A stretch of DNA of 64,000 nucleotides from Catajapyx aquilonaris (taxonomy: Eukaryota). Position 1 is the first letter of the stretch; the number at the start of each line of letters is the position of its first letter. Of the stretch, positions 26,361-38,640 are shown piece by piece. The position numbers and the translations under genes were made by a program. The stretch covers positions 1-64,000 of the forward strand of contig KZ538362.1 in assembly GCA_000934665.2 (NCBI GenBank). The letters run 5' to 3'. The notes below the pieces were generated by a model that was not told the origin of the DNA, did not search any database, and worked only from the letters and a program-made list of their open reading frames with translations.

Positions 26361-27974
26361 TTGCAGGGTAGGAAAGGGGAAATATGTTTGGTTGTTTCCA
26401 CTAGGGTTTATGAACTTGGAAAACCAGTTATTGCATATGTGTATAACCCTTTGAGGCTGGGAGTAATTAGGATCAATTTTTTGTGTGTACTGTACTGGTA
26501 TATGTACAGACACGCCTAGTTTTTTTCTCGTAGAAATAATATTCCGATGTATGATGACACAGAGGGTTTACCTACAGCTAGTAAAAATGGAATAATTGAT
26601 GAGGTGAGCCTGTGAGCCTATCAGACCATTGCAGCTGTATCTGTTACTATTACACCCTGTGAAAGCCACACAGTTGCGTATACAGTCAGGGTTGAAAAAT
26701 AGTGCGATAGTTTCCATAGGCTACTATTTAATATCCGTTTGATTTTCGAATATATGACAAAAGGACAACAGGATTCTAAAATGTAAACTAATATTTGATA
26801 TTAATTTTTACATAAATTATATGCGTAAAATATTTAAAATTAATCATGACCTGTACGTACGTATATAATTATAGTTATTAAAAATAAATATTTATTGAGG
26901 ATTAATTATTATGGCGGCTTTTGCCACTGTGTGCCCAATTTTAATATTTAGATTCATTTTGCAGATTAATTTTAATTAATTGTAGACTTAAATTATATGA
27001 AATTAAGCATACCCAGTATAACTACAGTTAGTATAAACAAATATTTGTTGATGATTAGACATTGCAGATTTAGCCACTGTTTGGCCTATTTTAAAATTTA
27101 AACTCATTTCTCAGATTAGTTTTTAATAGATTCTACACACAAATTATTTTAAATGAAGCAAATTAGCAATGGGTATGACCAGTATGTATAATCTGTATAA
27201 TTATACAAGAAGCTATTCGAAACAAAAAAATGTACTGAATATTAAATTTTGGCCGATTTTGCTCTTCATATGCTAATATTTTTTTCCACAAAAATCAGTT
27301 TTCGACTTTTTCTCATACATTTGCCAAAATATGTCGTTTATATGCAAATAACTGCCAATTGTCGCATCAAAATTGACTTTTAATCAGCACATAATTGGCG
27401 GGCCTATTAACTATTAGCAAAAATCACTCCAGTTGTTATAACACGCCTAATTAATAACAATTAACAAATTCCATAATTGCAAATTACACGTCAGGTTGCT
27501 TTAAAAAATCGCCAATTTGAAACAAATTAGTTGAATTAAAAAATGGCATCACAAGTATGTTGTTCATATGCAGTAACTCATCTTGTGCAATGCAGATAAC
27601 GCTCTTTTTTTCCTACCAAAAAATCTCATCTTAAACTTTGAGTTTGGCCGCAGTTTGAGAGACAATCACTTTATCATATCGCGCATGACTTGGAATACAG
27701 CAAGTGCTAATCACCCTGTACAAAAAAAAAAAACTTTGCAGGGTGGGGACCTTGGCCCGCTTTGTTATTCCAAACACTTACTTAGTTCAGTTTACACACA
27801 TTATCTAGCTCTATAGCTGACAAAAAGTGATGATAGTGCTGGAAAATCGTGGTAGTCATATGTGCAGAAAATGCTTGTCTGTATTTAGTGGTGTCATTAC
27901 GCACTATTGGTGTGTGTAATATTGAGAAAGGGGTTCAAAACGCAAATTGTTCACCGAATGAGTAGTTTTAGAAA

Positions 27975-28365
27975 AGATCTCGGACATTCCGACGTCGTAG
28001 CGGGTCGGGAGATGGCTAGTTGGAAATCTCTCGTTAACAATTGGGGACCGAAAAATTCTCAGAATTTCAAATTTCCACGCCGTTTTCGAGCTATGGGCAA
28101 GATAATATTTTGCACCTTCGCCCTTGGCCCGCTGGCCGTACCGCCCGGATCTACCACCAGATAGGCGACACTATCGCCCCACCCACTCCACTTCCCTTCG
28201 CCTCCGCCACCTATAGGACCCCACTTGACGTCCAAACTGTTTTCAAATGTACTTAACTTCTCTTCTGCGGATGGCGTCGCTTCCTCAAGTGATACCAATC
28301 CCGAATGTAATGCCAACCGCGGTGGGATGCCAAGCACCGAAGGCGCGCAAAGGGACCTATTAATA
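27975..28365 (+). mobile_element. Dispersed repeat, copy 2 (homolog of 4335-4700)
   Basis: Collinear shared blocks with copy 1. Confidence 0.75.
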
Positions 28366-28737
28366 ATACTCGCTTTGCTCGACGGCACGTGGGGCTGCGC
28401 CCCACTTGCGCGCCTTCCGCGCGGGGACCGTAATCCATCCGGTTACAGAACATCCACCAGTGACGTCACCGCTAGTGATGAGGAGTATCCGAACATGCCC
28501 TCTCTGACGTATCGTAGAAGAGAGGTTGGGATGGCAAGTGGAAACAGATGTGAGTAGCCGAAGGGGAGTGGGTGGGCCATTGTTCTTCCGGCTCTAACGA
28601 CCATGTAGCCAAGATTTTCCGCTACACTGATGTCTGGGTCAGCTTTCCAACGAGCGTACTCCGAGCTCTCTGCGATGCCGGAAGTGCGAAATCTTTTCCA
28701 TTCATATTCCCCTGTATCCCCACCTAGGGGCATTATA

Positions 28738-29010
28738 CAGGGTGTAAATCCTAAGCGTGTCACCAGAAAAGGTGGTGGTAGAGGGCGCAGGTGTGAGCAT
28801 TTTTGCAAAGAACTAGGGGTCGGAAACGCACCCTCACCGAGTCTCTCCGCCGCGTGTCGCACGCCTCTTGCACACTGCCTACCGCAAACTTGAAAGGGTC
28901 GTAACTCGGTGAGGGTGCGTTTCCGACCCCTAGTTCCTTATGCAAAAATGCTCACACCTGCGCCCTCTACCACCACCTTTTCTGGTGACACGCTTCTGAT
29001 TAACACCCTG
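28738..29010 (-). mobile_element. Tc1/mariner-type MITE, copy 2, inverted relative to copy 1
   Basis: Long TIRs CAGGGTGT...ACACCCTG, TA flanks; central spacer is the reverse complement of that in 10413-10687. Confidence 0.9.
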
Positions 29011-29127
29011 TATACTGGACAAGTAAATTTCTCTTGTCACAATTGGTTCTCAACTACCTACCCTCGTTCTGACCCTCACACGACTGACTACAATCTCAAG
29101 CTTCCACCCAGGACCACCACAAATCGT

Positions 29128-29143
29128 CAGCGCCATCTAGTGG
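29128..29143 (-). promoter_or_regulatory. CTCF consensus-like site
   Basis: CAGCGCCATCTAGTGG = reverse complement of CCACTAGATGGCGCTG. Confidence 0.5.
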
Positions 29144-29949
29144 TTCATATTACAATTTCATTATTAATATGGACAAACGGCATTTTGAACCGACAATTTC
29201 ACACACTGTTTATGAACAATGTTGTAACAATACATACCAAAGTTGATACCAAAATTTCCCATACTTTGAGAGGTTCTAAGTCGAAGTTAGCCCCCCCCCC
29301 CCTTTTCTCTCTCCAAAAACAGAAGAATATCTTTTCCCTTTCGCATTCCAAGGCCTAATGGGGGGAATTCCAAGAGCTCCTTTGAGTCATTAGAGGCACG
29401 ATCTCATTATTTTAATTAAGGTAATTTCGGAAATGAAACTGTTTGTAGCGACGTTGGTAGGAGGGAAGGAAGCAACGTCTATGGCTTGGCGTTGCGGCCT
29501 CCTAGACAACCCAGATTTGTAGATTTCCGCGGGGCCCACGGAATCTCTTTCGGTGAGTTATAGGCTCATAACAGTAGAAGTCTTAAGGCCAAGGGGGAAA
29601 AATAGGAGGAATTTTTGCAAGAGGACAACAAACACCGTGCAAAATTGCTGGAAGGAGTGACAAATTTGGCGTTTCGGTTCTGGACCCATTTTGATTGTTG
29701 AAATTGAGAATTTCAGGGCTGGAGTTGGGCTTAAAGGGGAGCTATTCATGTGAAGTTCCAACAATGTGACGTGTAAAATTTTTTCGACCAAATATATTTT
29801 ATGTGCATGGTTTTATATAGGAAAGAATATGGATATAATAGTTAGATAGGCATTTTTATACACATTTAGTAAACTGAGATTATTTTGCAAGGTACAAGTA
29901 GGATTAATTATTCGTTTCTTCATTAACGTACTTTATTTAGTATATGGTA

Positions 29950-30720
29950 TGTTTCATTCATTCATTCGCTCACTCTCTCACTCATAATTATATTAGTTCG
30001 TTCGTTCGTTCACACATATTTTCATTCATTTACTAATAATTCATTCATCCATTCATTTACTAATAATTCATCCATTCATTTACAAATTCATTCGTTCATT
30101 CACGCATTAATTTACTCATATATTCATTCATCCATTCATTCACTCATATACGGTATTCATTCATCCATCCATTCACTCACATACGGTATTCATTCATTCA
30201 TTCATTCACTCATATATGGTATTCATTCATTCATTCATTCACTCATATATGGTATTCATTCATCCATCCATTCACTCACATACGGTATTCATTCATTCAT
30301 TCATTCACTCATATACGGTATTCATTCATTCATTCATGTATTTATTCATATATTCATAAATTCGTTCCATCATTCATTAATATATTCATAAATTCGTTCC
30401 ATCATTCATTAATATATTCATAAATTCGTTCCATCATTCATTAATATATTCATAAATTCGTTCCATCATTCATTAATATATTCATAAATTCGTTCCATCA
30501 TTCATTAATATATTCATAAATTCGTTCCATCATTCATTAATATATTCGTTCCTTCGTTCATTCATTAATTTACTAGTATATTCATTAATATATTCATTAA
30601 CACTGTATAATGTATATCCATTCATATCGTCGTTCGTTCGTTCGTTCATTCATTCGTTCATTTACTCATAATAATTATATTGTATTCATTCATTCATTCA
30701 TGTCCTACTTAACTACATGT
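29950..30720. repeat. (TTCA)n-based minisatellites, including a perfect 30-bp repeat at ~30348-30545
   Basis: ATATTCATAAATTCGTTCCATCATTCATTA about 6 times; a ~34-bp unit at 30140-30330. Confidence 0.95.
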
Positions 30721-30854
30721 TATTCAAAATAAATGATTGAATGATTGAATGAATTCAAGATAATTATTATATTGATGCACTGTTCTGAATAAATATATTT
30801 ACTTCAAATTTATTCAGGATTTGTTGTGCTACACAATTTATGCAAATCGGACAA

Positions 30855-31145
30855 ATATTGTGAATAGTGTCTTAGATCACAGGGTGTGTCAAAAAAATTC
30901 TTTTGAAGCACAACATTTGTTTAAAATTAATTGCTTCTGCATTTTTAATTTGATACGCAGAAAATACATATTTGCAATTCTAATTACAACCTATATATGA
31001 ATATTGTGGATAGTTTCTTCTCGATCACAGGGTGTGTCAAAAAAAATTCTTTTGAATCCCAATAAAATTCGCTAAAAAATTCATTGCTCCTGCATTTAAA
31101 ATTTAATATCCATACAAATATATTTTTGCAATTCTAATTACAACC
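30855..31145. repeat. Tandem duplication of a ~150-bp unit
   Basis: GATCACAGGGTGTGTCAAAAAAATTCTTTTGAA...TTTGCAATTCTAATTACAACC occurs twice. Confidence 0.85.
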
Positions 31146-31924
31146 AAGTTTTCCTTTTAAAGCACGAGTTAACACATTGCAAAAAATTCCACATGTCCAT
31201 CCAGCTCTAAAAGTGTGCAAAACTTTTTTTTTTGTTCTCTCCTCCAATTTCATACTGGTTTTATGCAGCCGCCATTGGCGCGCCAGTTTTTGTAACGCGA
31301 GAATAGAGTCGAAATGAACTGGGGCTATGTATGTAGGACCTATAGATTTCCAATTTCCATTTCCACGGAGGCAAAATGTTGAATATTTAATATGCATCAC
31401 ATAACGTTCTTCCTACGGTTCGGTATAGGGGGAAAAGGGGGTAGGATTTTCGCAAGAAAAACAAGTCCAGGAAAATTGATTCGGTATCCCCTTGTTTTTC
31501 TTACGGCCGCAGAAACTTTATGCTAACATGTCGGCAGTTTCAAACTCCATACATTATTCGTGGGTGTAAAAAAACTGGGTGTATCTACAAACCGATTGTT
31601 GTTTATACCAGTTTTTTCTAGGGGTAAAGATTAATATTGTTAGGGGTAGTTTTTTGTGTGTTGGAAGAGCTGGAATGAAAGGTCGTAAAACAATGATGGG
31701 GGGTTGTCGACCAGATATATTTGACGGTTTAGTACCGGGGTCTCAAGTAGAGGACTAGTTTTACTATCTTTAAAAAGGCTTGGAGGAGCTATTGCTGTTT
31801 TGAGGATGGGGGAGAGTGGGGGCTATAAAAGTTGAAGGGAGAAAGTTAAACCGCAAGTTCATTGTTGGGTCACCATGTGGGGCCACGACAATCAAATATG
31901 ACGGCACGAATGTCATATAACATG

Positions 31925-32900
31925 AGCCAATTTTCATATGTGTAATTTTGGTGAAATATTTCAGCATTTTTTTCCATTTATTTCATTTCCTCCTAAAGGG
32001 TTTAAAAAATTTACACTTACGCTCGATGTAAATGGCAAGATTTTTACATCTGCACAATTATGCAAATTTTCACACAATGTGAAATTTTAGTGAAATATTT
32101 CAGCAATTTTTCATTTACTTAATTTGACACCTAACAGATGGAAGAAAAAAATCCACTTGCACTGTATGTAAATTGCAGGATTTTTACACCTGCATAATTA
32201 TGCCATTTTTCAGACAATGTGAAATTTTGGTGAAATATTTCAGCATTTTTTTCACTTACTTAATTTCCTCCTAAAGGTGGCAAATTTTTCCACTTGCGCT
32301 GTACCAAATGCCAATGGCAAGATATTTACACCTGCACAATTATGCCATTTTTCACACAATCTGAAATTTTGGTGAAATACAGTATTTAGCATTTTCCCAC
32401 TTATTTAATTTCCACATAACAGGTAGAAAAATTTCCACTTACTGTGTATGTAAATGGAAATATTTTTACATTTGCACAATTATGCAGATTTTCACACAAT
32501 GTGAAATTTCGGTGAAATATTTCAGCATTTTTCATTTGCTTAATTTCCCACCTAACAAGTGGAAAAAAATTTCACTTGCGCTGTACCCAATGCCAATGGA
32601 AAGATTTTTACATCTGTACAATATATTATGCAAATTTTCACACAATGTGAAATTTTGGTGAAATATTTCAGCATTTTCCATTTGCTTAATTTCCCACCTA
32701 ACAAGTGGAAAATTCAATTTGCGCTGTATGTACTGTAAATGGCAAGATTATACACCTGCAAAATTATGCCAATTTTCACACAATGTGAAATTTTGGTGAA
32801 ATATTTCAGCATTTTTCCAATTATTTAATTTCCTCCTAAAGGTGAAAAAATTTTCCACTTACGCTATATGTAAATGGAAAGATTTTAAAACATGCACAAT
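31925..32900. repeat. ~125-150 bp AT-rich satellite
   Basis: TTTTCACACAATGTGAAATTTTGGTGAAATATTTCAGCATTT about 7 times. Confidence 0.95.
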
Positions 32901-33031
32901 AATTAAGAGCTAAATATAAACATAGCAGAGATAAGTATTTTTGACTTAAAATCATTTTCATCTCGCTGTAAGTGGAAGAAAATTTGAGCAATTTTCCACT
33001 TAAATTCACGACCCACAAACTTGGAACACAC

Positions 33032-34220
33032 GTGTGTGAAGTTGGCTCACCACCTACGACAGATGCGGAAAATGAGTAATGACCCGGAGGGTGGCCAATG
33101 ACCCGAATGACCCAGGTCAGTTTGACCTTTGACCCTCATAGTACCCGAGATATCGAGGGTCAAAGATTGGTGAGCCAACTTCACGCTGGCTCACCACCTA
33201 CGACAAATGCACAAAAAAGTAATGACCCGGAAGGGGGGCCAATGACCCAATGACCCAGGTCAGTTTGACCTTTGACCCCTCGTAGAACCCGAGATACCGA
33301 GGGTCAAAGATTGGTGAGCCAACTTCACGCTGGCTCACCACCTTCGACAAATGCACAAAAATAGTAATGACCCGGAAGGGGGACCAATGACCCCAATAAC
33401 CCAGGTCAGTTTGACCTTTGACCCCTCATAGAACCCGAGATACCGAGGGTCAAAGATTGGTGAGCCAACTTCACGCTGGCTCACCACCTACGACAAATGC
33501 ACAAAAAAGTAATGACCCGGAAGGGGGGCCAATGACCCAATGACCCAGGTCAGTTTGACCTTTGACCCCTCGCAGAACCCGAGATACCGAGGGTCAAAGA
33601 TTGGTGAGCCAACTTCACGCTGGCTCACCACCTACGACAAATGCACAAAAAAGTAATGACCCGGAAGGGGGGCCAATGACCCCAATGACCCAGGTCAGTT
33701 TGACCTTTCACCCCTCATAGAACCCGAGGTCAAAATGTGGACGTGTGACTCACCACCACGCTGGCTCACCACCAACGTCACGCTGGCTCACGACCTTCGA
33801 CAAATGCACAAAAAGAGTAATGACCCGGAAGGGGGGGAAAGGACCACAATGACCCAAGTCCGTTTGACCTTTGACCCCTCATAGAACCCGAGATATCCAG
33901 GGTCAAAGTATGGACGTGTGACTCACCACCAACGTCACGCTGGCTCACCACCTGCGACAAATGCACAAAAAAGTAATGACCCGGAAGGGGGGGGGGGGGC
34001 AATGACCCCAATGACCCAGATCAGTTTGACCTTTGACTCCTCATAGAACCCGAGATATCGAGGGTCAAAGTATGGACTTGGCTCACCAACTGACCCTCGA
34101 TATCTCGGGTTCTATGAGGGGTCAAAGGTCAACTGGGTCATTGGGGTCATTGGCCCCCTTCCGGGTCATTACTTTTCTTGCGCATCAGTCGTAGGTGGTG
34201 AGCCAACTTCACACACCCTA
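33032..34220. mobile_element. TIR element whose left arm is amplified as a ~144-bp tandem array
   Basis: GTGTGTGAAGTTGGCTCACCACCTACGAC at 33032 and its reverse complement ending at 34216; about 7 direct units, then one inverted unit at 34090-34216. Confidence 0.85.
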
Positions 34221-35064
34221 TGATATAGAATATGTAGAAAATGTTATAAATTTTAAGTGGAAATAGTTGTTAAGTGTAAAATGCTAAATATGACCCACTT
34301 AACCTGAAGTTAATCGACTTTTCTGTACTTACACTGTACTAGTACAGTACATGTTTACACTGTAGTCATACTGCCCTAGTGTTCCACCTCAACTTGTGCC
34401 ACACTTACAGTACCGGTACCCATCCAAATATATACCACACTTATCAGCCTTCCCGATAGATGCCAGCACCAATTCGGCCTATATCACCCACAAGTGATTT
34501 ACAGTTGGCTCTGCCATGTCACCCTGCATTAACAAAAGGGGGTCGTTCGAACGCACCCACGGCTATGGTCCGCATTCGAACGCGGAAATTGTTGGTCTGG
34601 CACGCTTTTATAGCCCTAGATAATGTCAATCAACCGCAAACAGAATGTTGAAATAGTAAGCGTTTTCACGAGGGGTGGTCGCCATTTCAAGTTCCCTGCA
34701 ATTAATATCACTGGAAGGCGTTAATGGCCGTTTATGACGATCCTAATGCGCGCACGATTTAATCGAGCTGATAGATTAAAGGGGGCGTTAATATGTCTTT
34801 GTTTTAGTTTTTTTTAGGCGGTAGAGATAAAATAGTTCAAGCGGGGTAAATAATGCGTGGTATTTTGCATATTATCTGTTAAACGTGTTTAGCATCGTGG
34901 GTAAGGCATAAAGAGCTGTAATAGTTATTAATTGTTAACCCAGATGTGTCTAGCGTAGGCATTTGTGGGTGACGGTACCAGTCCAGTGGCCCTTCCAGGC
35001 ACGGTATGTCGCATTGTGTGATGATTTTAGTCTGTATATACAGGGTGTTCCAAATTCGTGTGTC

Positions 35065-35522
35065 GTTTTAGACTTTTTCGAGAGAAAGAGGTATCACTAG
35101 ACAGAGCCGTGCTATAAGACTTTTTTCTATTTTCGGGTTCCGGGTTCACTCTATCCGCTTCTTCCCCCTGGCTGCCCCCTCCCCCCACCACCCGTTACAG
35201 CCTGACCGTCCATTCTCCCCAGACCGTCCTTTCCCCCCTTCCTCCTGCTACCCCATGGTACTTGTACATGATACCTGTCCACGGACAGACAGACAGCCGT
35301 GCTATAAAACTTTTTTCGATTTTCGGGTTCCGGGTTCACTCTATCCGCCTCTTCCCCCTGGCTGCCCTCCCCCCACCCCCTACCACCTGACCGCCCATTC
35401 TCCCCAGACCGTCCATTTCCCCCCTCCCTCCTCCTACCCCGTGATACGTGATACCTGTCCACGGACGGACAGACAGAGCCGTGCTATAAGACTTTTTCGA
35501 TGGATGAAAAAATGTCTAAAAA
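35065..35522 (-). mobile_element. Helentron-associated (HINE/DINE-1-like) element with internal ~195-bp duplication
   Basis: Minus strand begins TTTTTAGACATTTTTTC...GAAAAAGTCT (short hairpin) followed by GTCTGTCCGTCCGT; matching TTTTAGACTTTTTC at the other end. Confidence 0.55.
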
Positions 35523-35870
35523 ATGGATTTCCTAGGATATATTTTTTAAAGGGGAAAGGGGCGGTCTGGGTGTAGGAGGAGGGAGGGGGGGGGCGGAAAG
35601 GGCAAGTCCACTTTTGGCCGAAAATGAGTTATGGGTAGTTTCAGTTTCAGTCCAAGTACCGCGACGGACGTTGGGGACAATAGCAGTAAACTTGAAAAAG
35701 TCTACTCTAATCATGCTCACGTGATTTGCCAATCTTGTTTTATAACTGATATCGCCCGATAGTATTTCATCAGGTGCCCCATTACTCCCAGGGGGTCGAA
35801 TATAATTAGCAGAAATATTATATAAATATTTTTATAAGTAAATATATAATATTTTTATAAGTATTATCCT

Positions 35871-35983
35871 CCTGAGACCCCTAGTACACCTTTCAATCAC
35901 CTTTGCTTTTTTTTACGCGTTTGAGTTAGTCAGAAGGTGCTGGAAAAAACAAAGGTACAGTATACTGTACCAGGGGTCTCAGG
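35871..35983. mobile_element. Mini-MITE in an AT-rich tract
   Basis: CCTGAGACCCCTAGTAC / GTACCAGGGGTCTCAGG. Confidence 0.6.
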
Positions 35984-36863
35984 TTATATAAATATTTTTA
36001 TAAATATTACATAAATATTATTATAAATATTACATAAATATTATTATAAATATTATATAAATATTTGTATCAATTAATCCATATATGAATGATTTTTTAC
36101 ATTTAAAAATGCTTCTTGAGAAAACTAAGGGTTGTTAGCTCCATATCAGTTTTCTCAAGAAAAATATTTTTAAATAAATTTTTTTTACCACCAATATTTT
36201 GGTACAAATATGTGTTAAGTACTTATACAACTACTTCTCAACGCCTGCAGCAGGAAGCTAGTTAGCAAAATTTCCGTGATAGTCGCAATTAAATTTTTTC
36301 TTCTTAAAATTTTGGAATCCTTTATTCCCAAGTTCTTATCAACCAATCCCGAATGAAATGTGGGAGTTGATACCAAAAAGTCGTCTCTTTCTCTCTGGTT
36401 CCTAGGAAGAGGAAGAAAAGCTCCCCCACCACCACCACCACCACCACCACCACCATCTTCCCTCTTCCACAACTCTTATTCTTAGCCTCGGGTGGAAAAT
36501 GACTCGAATCGCTTGCCTTCTAAGTGTTCCCAATTGGAACAAACTTCATGGGAAGAGGTCGAGAAGGGGTCATTTTTTTCTGGTTCTACTTCCCTCTCTT
36601 TTTTTGGAGGGAAGAATCTTCCAACGATAATTTCCAAGGAGTTAGACTCCTTTGGGAAGTTATGATTTTCAAATGCGTTGCGAAGCTCTGATTTCGGATA
36701 ACACTACAGTCTAAAGTAAGTTGAATGAACCATCAAAAGACTTTGTCACTTAAGATAATTTTTTGGGGGGGATTTGAATAAGTTAGATCCAAATGATGTA
36801 GTGTCAAAATTTACTAAAAATAAATTTCAATATTTGTAATTTTCAGTGAAAATTGAATTAGTT

Positions 36864-37143
36864 ATACTTTACACTCTCGTTATGTCCAGTTCTTAAGGTA
36901 TCTGAAGACACTAAAAGTTTGTCTTCAACTGCAACAATAACGTTGCAATAACTCGATGAAATCAGGACCGTCCAAGGAAATGTCACGTTCTTATTTGTCA
37001 CTCAAATTTTGACCGACGCGTTAGTAAGAAATAGTGATACTTTACACTCTCGTTATGTCCAGTTCTTAAGGTATCTGAAGACACTAAAAGTTTGTCTTCA
37101 ACTGCAACAATAACGTTGCAATAACTCGATGAAATCAGGACCG
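36864..37143 (+). repeat. Identical 107-bp direct repeat with a 66-bp spacer
   Basis: 36864-36970 equals 37037-37143. Confidence 0.95.
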
Positions 37144-37899
37144 CGTACCGGAGCCCCAAACATGGCGTCTCCAACCGTCATCCCAGCTTGCTCCCAATCC
37201 CCGCCAGCCGTCGCCACCTGCTTCCGCACATGCCGTCCATAGCATGAATCTAGCCTAACGATCGCATAATTGCCATTCAAATGATGGTATAGCTCTGAAT
37301 CGAGGCCCCATTACTTCTATAGACTCCAGGGTACTTTGGGACCTCCCTTTTCCCCCCAAAATGCACTGTACATTTCACATACAGAGCTCCGTTATGCCCG
37401 TTTTTGAAACATTTTGGAAACGGAACTGGACCGGAGTGAAACCTAGCTGAACTTTTGGGTCACAATTCAGTTTCCGGGTCCATAAATTGCGCACATTACA
37501 ATATCGGAGGTTCTCTCTAGCTCTGCTAACCTCCCCCTACTCCCTACCCCAGTTCTCCCCGCCACATTAAGTGAGGGGAGGTGGGAATGGGCTTGATGAA
37601 AGAGTTCGATAAAGCGTTAACACGGGACAAGTTGAATTATTAACCCGAAGAGTTATTGCAACTCATCAGCGGAACCGAAACTTTGCGAGCTGTTTCGCCC
37701 CAGGGAGAAATCAGGGGTCCAAAAATCCTTCCGGGTCCGCACGTTTGGGCTATTTGATGACGTCGAATTGTTCCTATAAGCAAAGTTTTGAACTAGAGAG
37801 AGGAACGGAATTACCACGAGTGTGTACATTACGGAAAAGGTGGGTTTGTTAATTGCGGATGAGCAATTTCACTAATTCCAAGTAATATTGAACATGTAT

Positions 37900-38640
37900 C
37901 GCTGAAAAATTCTAATAGTTAGTCATTTTAGTTATCTGTTTGATTTTTTAAAAGTTAAATCAAAATTACCGGTAGTTATTTGTTTGATTTTTAAAAAGTG
38001 AAATCTAAATTAGTTAAATGTTAATCCAGATGACTATTATTTCGTTTAATTTTTTAAATATTTTCTTATTGTGAGCAAATGAATAACTGACAGCGAATTA
38101 CTATATTTAATTTTAGAAAATAGATTTGTGAGCAAAATAATAACTGACATCTAATTACTTTAATTATTCTTAGAAAATATTTGTGAGCAAAGGAATACCT
38201 AATACTGTACAATAGCTAATTTGGATTAATTTTAGAAATTTTGTGTGAACAAATTAATAGTTAATGCAATTATAATTATTTCGTCTAATTTTAGAAATAT
38301 TTTCTTATTGTGAGCAAGTGAATAACAAATACAATAATTCATTTATCTTAGTTTTAGAAATATTTTTGTGAGCAAAGAAATAACTAGAGATGATTTTTTT
38401 GACGAATGCGACCTAGTGCGCACCTACACTCGCGCAAGTCCATTGTTATGAGAACAACGTTGCCACAGTTATTCCTCAGGTAGCCTCTAAGGTTCGTTCC
38501 AGAACCTAGGCAACATCGCAAATATTGGCCATATTTCGTAGCCTACAATATATTTTAGAAATATTTTGGGGAGCAAATGAGTAACTAACATAACTAATTA
38601 TTTCATTTCATTTTAAATATTTCAGTGATTAAATTAATAT
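37900..38640. repeat. AT-rich ~55-60 bp degenerate array
   Basis: TTTAGAAATATTT...TTGTGAGCAAA..AATAACT recurs. Confidence 0.8.

Noticed and set aside
26446..27935. Possible piggyBac- or Tc1-like element (AACCCTTTGAGG at ~26445; CACCCTGTA at ~27712)
   Set aside because: No convincing matching opposite end or transposase remnant found.
30348..30545. 30-39 bp repeats resembling CRISPR arrays (also 41830-42240, 50650-51035, 56777-56940)
   Set aside because: Head-to-tail repeats without unique spacers, no cas genes, eukaryotic context.
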